64,000 nucleotides of DNA from a virus: positions 21,174 through 85,173 of the IMG/VR virus record IMGVR_UViG_3300047678_000431, one strand, 5' to 3'. Positions 38,994-46,258 of this stretch are shown here, piece by piece. The notes below the pieces were generated by a model. It was given only the letters and a program-made list of their open reading frames with translations. It did not search any database and was not told the origin of the DNA. Numbering within the stretch: the stretch's first letter is position 1; each line of letters opens with the position of its first letter. The translations under genes were made by a program, and so were the position numbers.

Positions 38994-39268
38994 ACCTTCG
39001 AGCGATGATTCGCGAGCATGTCTGTGATGGCGTGCTCGATGAGTGTTTGCTTCTTTACCCCGGTCCGTTTGTAGAGGGCATCAAGCTCGAGCCAAACGGA
39101 TTCACTCAAACGCACGGACATGGGTACGGTGGCTTTTGGCCCCGTGCTTGTTTGCGTGCGTGCGTGCGTGCGTTCTTGTATGTGTGTTTTCGGACTCGTG
39201 GCGAGGTCTTCTAACGAGACAGCGCCGCTTGAGTTCTGGGCATGTTGACGGGACGCACGCGCGCTCAT
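38990..39268 (-). CDS. Ribbon-helix-helix DNA-binding protein (ParG/CopG-like)
   Basis: Disordered N-terminus then MSVRLSESVWLELDALYKRTGVKKQTLIEHAITDML; GGAG RBS; ATGA-coupled to ATPase. Confidence 0.8.
   Translation of the reverse strand: MSARASRQHAQNSSGAVSLEDLATSPKTHIQERTHARTQTSTGPKATVPMSVRLSESVWLELDALYKRTGVKKQTLIEHAITDMLANHRSKV
39143..39189. repeat. 4-bp-periodic TGCG array 2 (inside RHH gene)
   Basis: TGCT TGTT (TGCG)5 TTCT TGTA TGTG TGTT. Confidence 0.85.
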
Positions 39269-40131
39269 GGTGTTTCTCCGTGCCCGAGGGCGTGAGCGGC
39301 ACGGGTGACGTGCCGGATGTGAATGCGGGTCGACTCAAGATCGGCCGCGTAGGACATGGCTCGGTTCGCGATCGTACATGCAATACGCGGCACGCCTCGC
39401 GAATATTCGTAGAGTAAGGCGATTGCGCCATCGTCGAAAAGGTTCTTCTTCGCCCCGGCGACTTTAAGCCGGTGCGCAATCATTTCTTCAAGGTCGTGAG
39501 CATCGAGGCGACTGAGTTGCGTGTGCATCGTCAAACGCGAATGAAACGCGGCATTGCCTTTGAGCACGTCGATCATTTCGGGATTCTGTCCGAACAGAAG
39601 AATTTGCACAAGCGGTCGGTCGACGGCGGTCATGTTACAAATCGACAAAAGCGCGTGAATGCCGGTCGGTCGTAAGAGATGCGCGTCGTCGAGTAAGATC
39701 ACGACGGTATCGCCTTGCTCATGCTGCCGCCACGCTTCGGCCTCGAGCTTGCGTAGGGACGTTTCACTTTTTGCCCGCTCGCGCGTTTCAATCCCGAGAT
39801 CGCGATTGATTTCGAGATGTATTTGCGCCTCGGTTTGCCGGGCGCCGCCGGGAACCCGGTAGAGTGACGCAACAGAATTGCGCTCCCCTGCTTCGCGGGC
39901 GAACAGCGATGCGAGCGTCGTTTTGCCTGTACCGATTTCGCCTGAAATACAGGCGATACCGAGGCGTCCGTTTATGACGTCGCGGCCGTGCTCGAGCGCC
40001 TCGCGCATCGAGCTTGTCACGTATGCGAATTTCGCATGCGGTGAAATCCGAAACGGATACTCTTTGAGATCGAACCATGTGGCGTAGGGCGAGAGCGTTT
40101 CCTCGCAGGGGGTCGTTTTGAATGTATCCAT
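39265..40131 (-). CDS. ExeA-like AAA ATPase (AAA_22)
   Basis: F.L.E.PF, GEIGTGKTT Walker A, ILLDDAH Walker B, LFGQ.PE, YSRGVPR; GGAG RBS before ATG 40131. Confidence 0.88.
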   Translation of the reverse strand: MDTFKTTPCEETLSPYATWFDLKEYPFRISPHAKFAYVTSSMREALEHGRDVINGRLGIACISGEIGTGKTTLASLFAREAGERNSVASLYRVPGGARQTEAQIHLEINRDLGIETRERAKSETSLRKLEAEAWRQHEQGDTVVILLDDAHLLRPTGIHALLSICNMTAVDRPLVQILLFGQNPEMIDVLKGNAAFHSRLTMHTQLSRLDAHDLEEMIAHRLKVAGAKKNLFDDGAIALLYEYSRGVPRIACTIANRAMSYAADLESTRIHIRHVTRAAHALGHGETP

Positions 40132-40137
40132 CTTCTC

Positions 40138-40174
40138 CGCTTGCGTGCGTGCATTCGTGTATGCGTGCGTGCGT
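40138..40174. repeat. 4-bp-periodic TGCG array 3 (directly upstream of ATPase RBS)
   Basis: TGCG TGCG TGCA TTCG TGTA TGCG TGCG TGCG. Confidence 0.85.
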
Positions 40175-40205
40175 CTCTTTTTCCTCAAAGTAAGGAGTCC
40201 TCGTT

Positions 40206-40577
40206 ATGAACGCGACCACATCGCAGGCCCTCGGGTTCTCGCTCAATTTCGTCATCGGTATCGTCGTCGGCGCGCTTGCGTCAAAGTTCACGCCGATCGC
40301 AAAAACGCAAGGCGCAATCGTCGGCAATGAAGTCGGAACGGTCGTCGTCAATTCGGTCAATGCGGATATGGCGCCCGAATTGCGCCCGGCGGTTCTCGCG
40401 GAATTGAAGTCGATCGCGACGACCCTTGAGGCGAAGTCGCAAACCGTCGCGCAAACAGCCTCGCAGATTCTCACGAAGGTCGCCCCCTCGATTCCAACGG
40501 CGACTTCGGATCAGATTGCGCAAGTGCTTGCCGATTTCGTACTCACCTTTGAGGCCGGGTTCATCGCCGAACTCTAA
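40206..40577 (+). CDS. N-terminal TM protein, possible holin
   Basis: TAAGGAG RBS; LGFSLNFVIGIVVGALA TM segment. Confidence 0.55.
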   Translation: MNATTSQALGFSLNFVIGIVVGALASKFTPIAKTQGAIVGNEVGTVVVNSVNADMAPELRPAVLAELKSIATTLEAKSQTVAQTASQILTKVAPSIPTATSDQIAQVLADFVLTFEAGFIAEL

Positions 40578-40621
40578 ACGCACGCATGCATGAAAGCAAG
40601 AACGCACGCATGCATACACAC
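40578..40621. repeat. 4-bp-periodic TGCG array 4 (inverted orientation)
   Basis: Minus strand: TGTG TGTA TGCA TGCG TGCG TTCT TGCT TTCA TGCA TGCG TGCG. Confidence 0.85.
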
Positions 40622-40800
40622 CCTAAAGTTCGTTTCTCGGGCGCCGATAGAGAGGTATCGCCGTTTTCCGCACGATGCACGTTCCGTACTGACGCGCTTC
40701 GTGCGCAGAAGCGAGCGGCGATCCATGAGCGGCGCACGGAAGCGTAGCACTGCCCGCCTGTTTTCTCTCTCCGTGGGAACAGGCGGGCGTTCTTTCTTTT

Positions 40801-40850
40801 GAGCCGTGAGAAAACGCGTGATGACGTTGTTTTCTCACGGCTCTTTTTTT
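40801..40850 (+). terminator. Long-stem intrinsic terminator
   Basis: GAGCCGTGAGAAAAC / GTTTTCTCACGGCTC 15-bp stem then T7. Confidence 0.8.
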
Positions 40851-40893
40851 GTCTCTTCCGCCTTGATTTTCCGGGGTTTTTCGTGCAAATGGG

Positions 40894-40922
40894 TTGATCT
40901 TACGTCATATGTTTGTTATACT
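40894..40922 (+). promoter_or_regulatory. Sigma70-type promoter of recombination/replication operon
   Basis: TTGATC-17 bp-TATACT with extended TG. Confidence 0.7.
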
Positions 40923-40979
40923 TTACAAAGCCGATGGTTATAGGGTTTTCCATTGGTTTTCGGAAGGGAATTTTCACAC

Positions 40980-42326
40980 GTGGCGATCTCAGAACTTAAA
41001 GCCGTATCCGCGAAATCAGCGTGGGATCAAGCGGTTGCGTGGAAGGCCTCGGCGCCTCCGCAACTGCTTGCGCGATTCATCGAAAAGGCGACCGACGGAA
41101 AGGTCAAAGGCGATCAGCTTTTGCAACTTTTGGCCGAATATTTTCGGCTCGGTATAGCGCCCGAAACGCATTTCATCGTCGGCAATCTACGCGGGAAAGA
41201 CGAGAAGGCAAAGCTCGTCATCACGATCACGCTCAATGCGATGCTCGTGCTCGCCGAGCGCGATCCGAATTTCGGGTCGATTCAAGATGGCGAAGTCGAA
41301 TTTGAATCCGACGGCCTTGCGCCGAAATGGGCGACCGCCTACGTCCGGCGGAAAGACATCGCCGAGCCGTTTGTCGCTCGGTTGCTTTATCGCGAATATG
41401 TCGGCAAAGATTTCAACGGCAAAGTCTCCGGCGTGTGGCGTGACAAGCCCGTCTCGATGCTGTGCAAATGCGCCAAGGCGGCCGCGTTGCGTCTCGCGTA
41501 TCCGACGGCGCTCGCCGGAATCTTCATCCCCGAAGAACTCGAACGCGAGGCCGTCGACGCGGTGGATATGATCCGCGATACCTTCGCGCGCCACGAACAC
41601 GCGGGCGCCGTGGTCAACACGGGAACGGGTGAAGTCATCAAACGGGCCGAGGCCGTGCCGTCCGCGCAATCCGAAAAACCGCCAGTAGAAACGCCGAAGG
41701 ATTCTGATCCGGTACAAACACCCGCCGAGGCGGCAAAACCCGCGCCATCGCCAAAGGACGCGCCGGAAACGGCACCTGCGAAGCCTGCCGTGCCCCTGGT
41801 TTTCCGAGGCATCGACTCGCAAGATATGCGCGGCCCGCTTATCCGTAAGGCATACGAGCTAATGGGCGTGCCGATTGCCAAACAATCGCACGAGCAACAT
41901 CTAGCGGTCATCCGCCAGGTTTCGCACGCGATCGGTCGTCCCGATGGGGCGGTCCCGACAGAATGGGCGGATTTTGAACTCGCCGAGCTTCGCAAGTATG
42001 TCGATTACCGGACCAAAGCGCAATCTGCGATCGCGGCCGATTCGGTCAAGTCTGCGGAAGAACCGCCGAAAACCGAATCACGCTCAAAAACGCAATCTCG
42101 CCGCGACCCGCACGCAATGACGGCCGTGATGGCGCAGATGATCGAGCGCGACACGGAGATTTACGGCCTCGATGAACACACGATCGCCAATATGTGCAAA
42201 GATATATCAAATGGCGCCCTCTCCGATTGGCGAGAATTCTCTCGCGAGCAGGCGGCGCATCTTTTGGACACGATCCGCGCCTTCGCCGAATCGCGCGGTC
42301 TACAGAACAACCGACGGACGGGGTGA
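40980..42326 (+). CDS. RecT/Red-beta-like single-strand annealing protein
   Basis: AYVRRKD, YREY...WRDKPVSMLCKCAKAAALRLAYP...G.FIPEE. Confidence 0.85.
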   Translation: MAISELKAVSAKSAWDQAVAWKASAPPQLLARFIEKATDGKVKGDQLLQLLAEYFRLGIAPETHFIVGNLRGKDEKAKLVITITLNAMLVLAERDPNFGSIQDGEVEFESDGLAPKWATAYVRRKDIAEPFVARLLYREYVGKDFNGKVSGVWRDKPVSMLCKCAKAAALRLAYPTALAGIFIPEELEREAVDAVDMIRDTFARHEHAGAVVNTGTGEVIKRAEAVPSAQSEKPPVETPKDSDPVQTPAEAAKPAPSPKDAPETAPAKPAVPLVFRGIDSQDMRGPLIRKAYELMGVPIAKQSHEQHLAVIRQVSHAIGRPDGAVPTEWADFELAELRKYVDYRTKAQSAIAADSVKSAEEPPKTESRSKTQSRRDPHAMTAVMAQMIERDTEIYGLDEHTIANMCKDISNGALSDWREFSREQAAHLLDTIRAFAESRGLQNNRRTG

Positions 42327-42428
42327 TCGCCACGATCTAACCCTTCCCGGCCGTCGGTCAGCAAAGGCGTACTCTCTTCAAAGGGTGCGTTTTTTGCCAT
42401 CTGCGGGAAACTTTCTTCCCCGAAAGTC

Positions 42429-42458
42429 TTGCCGAAATCAACCCTTTTGCGTTACGAT
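42429..42458 (+). promoter_or_regulatory. Putative promoter for leader-rep transcript
   Basis: TTGCCG-18 bp-TACGAT. Confidence 0.5.
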
Positions 42459-42483
42459 TGCGCGTACACGTCCCAATCCAGGC

Positions 42484-42691
42484 AAAACAAAAGACCCCGG
42501 TGTACCAAGCCGGAGTCTTTTGCGGAAAACGTTGCTCCCTCTGGCGATTCGAAGCCGAAATTCTTCGAACCGTTGCCGAGAGCGATGGAGCCCGGAACCG
42601 GGACAAACAATCATCCATATAGCTTTTTTCGAGGAAACCCATATGATCGTTCGCCGTCGGCGCAGCGTCGCCGCTGCATTACCCGAGCGCC
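42484..42691 (-). ncRNA. Predicted antisense RNA to the rep leader
   Basis: Minus-strand promoter TTGCGT-17-TATCTT (42726-42698, extended TG); internal long hairpin; terminator hairpin 42522-42488 followed by TTTT. Confidence 0.5.
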
Positions 42692-42786
42692 ATCTACAAG
42701 ATACCATTTCGAGGCGCCGGACGCAAGAACTTTACAAAAATTTGCGCCTCCCCGCCCGGCAAGTAACCGGAGGGTCGCAGGCATGA
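42643..42786 (+). CDS. Leader peptide coupled to replication initiator (47 aa)
   Basis: GAGGA RBS; its TGA overlaps rep ATG (ATGA at 42783-42786). Confidence 0.55.
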   Translation: MIVRRRRSVAAALPERHLQDTISRRRTQELYKNLRLPARQVTGGSQA

Positions 42787-43784
42787 GCTACGGGACCTAT
42801 ACGGCCGCGATGCTTTCCATCGAACCGGCCGAAGCGCGACACATGGCGTTCACGCTCAATTTGTTCCGCAATCTTGAGACGGGGGAATGCTGGCCCTCTC
42901 AAGAGACGCTTGCCAAAACGGCCGCAATGCACCCCGCAAATGTGCGTCGGGCATTGCGGTCGCTTGAACATCAAAGAATCATCAAACGCGTCGGCGTGAG
43001 CAAATCTCGGACGACGATCTATGTGATCGACCCGATTTTTATTCATAGCCCCGGAACGCAAAGCCCCTCGATTGCCGCCTCGATCGAGACGGCTTCTCGC
43101 AAGCTTACGACTAAGAAGAAGACCCGATCACACCGATCGGTTGACCCGATCACACCGATCGGTTCAACCCGATCACACGGATCGGTATATACCGATCACA
43201 CGGATCGACAACAAGACGATAGACAAGACGATATGACAAGACGAAAGACAACCGGAGTTTTTGTCGCGGCGAAATCAGACGAGGCCGCCGTCGGAGACGT
43301 CGTCTCGTCGGTCGAAGAGATTGCGACAAAAGTCAAAAAAATCGCGAAGAAGAAACCCGAACGGACGTATCACCCCGAGGCATTCGGGATCGTCGATTTT
43401 TTTGCGACCCTTCGCGCCGAGCTTTTGCCGACGGCCGCCGTCGACCAAAAGTTTCGCTTCGCAACGCGCACCGTCGCCGACCGATTGCTCAAACGCGCCT
43501 CGGTCGCCGAGGTCAAGCAACGCATCTTGCGCATGCGGGCGAATATCCCGGATTCAAAGCCGAATCTTTTCGCGAGCCTTGCGCAACTCGAACACCAATG
43601 GGACCGGTGGGGGCCGGGCCGGGAAGAGGCCGCCCGCCTCGCCGGTTTTCAGGCCAAGCTTCCCGAGATCGCGCCGGTCGTCGCATCGGTTCCCGACGAC
43701 GTCCTTGCCGAGATTCGCGAGCGTAAGGCGGCAATGTGGTCGAGTGATCGGAAATCCGAGGCATCGAAGGCGGTGGCGGCGTAA
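42783..43784 (+). CDS. Replication initiator (HTH_36-type, lambda O-like)
   Basis: GECWPSQETLA..AAM....VRRALRSLE....I; internal iterons; followed by DnaC-like loader. Confidence 0.85.
   Translation: MSYGTYTAAMLSIEPAEARHMAFTLNLFRNLETGECWPSQETLAKTAAMHPANVRRALRSLEHQRIIKRVGVSKSRTTIYVIDPIFIHSPGTQSPSIAASIETASRKLTTKKKTRSHRSVDPITPIGSTRSHGSVYTDHTDRQQDDRQDDMTRRKTTGVFVAAKSDEAAVGDVVSSVEEIATKVKKIAKKKPERTYHPEAFGIVDFFATLRAELLPTAAVDQKFRFATRTVADRLLKRASVAEVKQRILRMRANIPDSKPNLFASLAQLEHQWDRWGPGREEAARLAGFQAKLPEIAPVVASVPDDVLAEIRERKAAMWSSDRKSEASKAVAA
43121..43250. repeat. Replication origin: four iterons plus A-rich repeats
   Basis: GACCCGATCACACCGATCGGTT exact twice (43121, 43143), two variants (43166, 43191), then ACAAGACGA three times. 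Confidence 0.8.
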
Positions 43785-44695
43785 TGGACGGGAACTTCAA
43801 GCCTTTGGGGGATTCTCTCGCTCGTGATCTTGGTGCGAAATTTAGCAAAACCCGCATGGTTCCGCGCGGTGTCAAGTGCGATGATTGCGGCGCCGAACTC
43901 GAAGAGCAACACGTCCCGGGCCTTAGCCGTGTCATTCCCGTGCCGTGCATTTGCGTTCGAAATCGCGTGACCGAAGCCGAAGAGATCCGCCGATTGAACC
44001 AGGCCGAGGCCGAGACGCTCGAACGATTGCGGACCCAAGGTGCGGCCCGTCGGGAACGCCTGAAATCCCTCGACCTGATGCCCGACATGATGTCGAAAAA
44101 ATGGACTTTCGAAACCTACGAGGTCGAGCCCGGCAATGCATTGGCCTTTGTCATGGCGGAAAATTTCGTCAACCAAACGTTGCGCGACCGCACGACCTAC
44201 GAGGTTCCCGGGTTCGGCCTCTATGGCGACCACGGCGTCGGGAAGTCGCATCTCACGACCGGCCTCGCGAAGATCCTGATCGAAAAGGGCATCGACGTCG
44301 TGCAGATTTACGAGTACGACATCCGGTCGGTCTTGAACCGTATCCGCAATGGGGAAATCAGCTTTTCCGAGGACGTCTTCGCACAAGACCTGATCTCGGT
44401 GCCGGTTCTCATCATCGAAGATTTCATGAAAAGCCGAGTCAAGAATGCGTCCGGCGCAAACCTCGAATACGTTCACGAGTTTCTCTTCCGTGTCGTACAA
44501 AAACGGATCATGAAAAGTCTCCCGATCATCGTCACGAGTAATCACTCGTACGAAGACCTCCGGGATGTGTATCTCAAGGGGCTCGAATTCGGCCCGGCGA
44601 TCCTCGATCGTTTTGCCGAGAGTTTCGGGTGCGACGAACGCCGGTGGTTACGGATCACGGCGGAAAAAAGCCATCGCCTGCATGGTGCGAAATGA
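43784..44695 (+). CDS. DnaC/IstB-like helicase loader ATPase
   Basis: CDDC...CIC zinc motif, GDHGVGKSHL, VLIIEDF, PIIVTSN, ILDRF. Confidence 0.9.
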   Translation: MDGNFKPLGDSLARDLGAKFSKTRMVPRGVKCDDCGAELEEQHVPGLSRVIPVPCICVRNRVTEAEEIRRLNQAEAETLERLRTQGAARRERLKSLDLMPDMMSKKWTFETYEVEPGNALAFVMAENFVNQTLRDRTTYEVPGFGLYGDHGVGKSHLTTGLAKILIEKGIDVVQIYEYDIRSVLNRIRNGEISFSEDVFAQDLISVPVLIIEDFMKSRVKNASGANLEYVHEFLFRVVQKRIMKSLPIIVTSNHSYEDLRDVYLKGLEFGPAILDRFAESFGCDERRWLRITAEKSHRLHGAK

Positions 44696-44907
44696 CGTGG
44701 ACATCCGATTCGGATTGCATTTACGTTCTCCCGAACGATCTTTGCCAGTGTGGACACCCGTGCAGTGCTCATAAAGGCATACAAGGCTATATGACGTGCT
44801 CAAAAAACAAATGTTCATGCGACGTATTCCGACACATTTCGAAGGAGATCGAAAATCAACGAAAGTCGGAGCTGATGCGTATTGCTCACGATCTCACGAG
44901 ATCATGA
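44692..44907 (+). CDS. Small Cys/His-rich protein
   Basis: CQCGHPCSAH...C....CSC; ATGA-coupled. Confidence 0.6.
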   Translation: MTWTSDSDCIYVLPNDLCQCGHPCSAHKGIQGYMTCSKNKCSCDVFRHISKEIENQRKSELMRIAHDLTRS

Positions 44908-44911
44908 TTTC

Positions 44912-45154
44912 ATGACCGACGGCAAACATGCGTTTTTCAACATGTATAAATATCCGCAAGTCGGCGACCGCATTCGCGACCTTGATCTTCGATCACGGCC
45001 GCTTGCGACGATCATTAGAATCGAGGTTTTAAGTAGTGGTCATGCGATGGTGACGGTCGAGTATGACGACCCTTCGATTGCCTCTACCGGCTTCAATTTC
45101 TGTAATCACAAATCGACGTGGGAATTACTCTACCCGAACGAGATTGCGGCGTGA
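44912..45154 (+). CDS. Hypothetical protein
   Basis: PQVGDRIRD SH3/KOW-like pattern. Confidence 0.55.
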   Translation: MTDGKHAFFNMYKYPQVGDRIRDLDLRSRPLATIIRIEVLSSGHAMVTVEYDDPSIASTGFNFCNHKSTWELLYPNEIAA

Positions 45155-45660
45155 ACGCGATTAGCGAATCCGAATGGGAAGACACGGCGTTTCTCAAGTT
45201 TCGAGACGCCCTTAGCGAAGTCGATGACCCCGGAGACGGCACTCGTATTTATGCGATTGACGCGTACGTCCGAGTCTCCGAGGCCGAAGTCTTGGCCGCT
45301 CGAGATAATGCACGCGATTCCGATGCTGTTGTTGACAGATCATCGGAAATACTTATGAGCCGTAGCAATCAGCGCGTCTTAATGGTCAAAGATGCGATGG
45401 ACCCGTTGTTATTTGAGTATGTCGATGCTTGGACGCAATTCGACACAACTCGAGGCGCGACGGCGCTTATCGCCATCGCGAAAGCGGCGATTGCGACGTC
45501 GGACAAAACGTTCATCGTAACCGAAGAATTTCTCAATGCTGTTTTCGAAAGACTGTGGCAATATTCGCCGGAAGATCAAGAGGATGGCCTTCAACGCGAG
45601 CACTTGCGCACGTCGTTAAAGTATGCGATTTCTAAGTCTAATCATGAAAAGCCGTTATGA
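45151..45660 (+). CDS. Hypothetical protein
   Basis: GTGA-coupled start. Confidence 0.65.
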   Translation: MNAISESEWEDTAFLKFRDALSEVDDPGDGTRIYAIDAYVRVSEAEVLAARDNARDSDAVVDRSSEILMSRSNQRVLMVKDAMDPLLFEYVDAWTQFDTTRGATALIAIAKAAIATSDKTFIVTEEFLNAVFERLWQYSPEDQEDGLQREHLRTSLKYAISKSNHEKPL

Positions 45661-46049
45661 TGGTTGACCTACTCAAAAGTCAGATTCTTGACGAGGTCCT
45701 TGCGGCCGCATCGGTCAGCGTCCTCTCGTACCAAGAGGTGATCGACCATACGTTCAAGCGGATTTTCGAGGAACGGATCGCATGCTGTGTCTGTGCCGAC
45801 ATTATTCCCGAGGATGATAAGCGATTCATACTTTCGACGCATTCGTTCTGTGCGGATACCCTTGCCAGAAGTCTCGAACGGCATGTCCGCATGATCGAGT
45901 TTGAGGCAATCGTCGACCGCATGAATAATCTTCGATCCATCGCGGGCGAAGACTGCGACCATGCGGGAAACTATATCGACGCGCTCGAGTTCACGGCCGC
46001 TATGGACGGCATAAGCGTCGAGGATGCGCGGCGAAAATACATCCGGTAA
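45657..46049 (+). CDS. Hypothetical protein
   Basis: ATGA-coupled; CxxC...HxxC. Confidence 0.65.
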   Translation: MMVDLLKSQILDEVLAAASVSVLSYQEVIDHTFKRIFEERIACCVCADIIPEDDKRFILSTHSFCADTLARSLERHVRMIEFEAIVDRMNNLRSIAGEDCDHAGNYIDALEFTAAMDGISVEDARRKYIR

Positions 46050-46147
46050 TAATTTGAGGGCGATTCCGATCTCGCGCTCGAGATAAGAATCGCTTCGCGT
46101 TTCAAAATACACGTGGCCGACGTCTCGACCGGCCCCAGGCACGCCTA

Positions 46148-46174
46148 TGGTTGGACGCAGGGATTCGAACCCCC
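46148..46174 (-). other. tRNA 3'-end-like fragment
   Basis: Minus strand GGGGGTTCGAATCCCTGCGTCCAACCA (T-loop + CCA); no D or anticodon arm found. Confidence 0.4.
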
Positions 46175-46258
46175 TCAAATATTTTTACTACGCGACCCGG
46201 GAGCTACCCGGCCGCCGTTATGGTATCATAAAGAAACATCTCACGGAAGACGTTTCTA

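Noticed and set aside
39265-40131. ExeA ATPase as part of a type II secretion system or Tn7/Mu-like transposon
   Set aside because: No secretion genes, no DDE transposase and no terminal repeats visible in the window
43121-43210. 22-bp direct repeats as a CRISPR array
   Set aside because: No unique spacers, in-frame within rep, no cas genes; fits iterons
43784-44695. IS21 IstB
   Set aside because: No IstA; directly coupled to a phage initiator, so a helicase loader
46148-46225. Complete tRNA gene
   Set aside because: No 5' acceptor strand, D arm or anticodon arm could be paired
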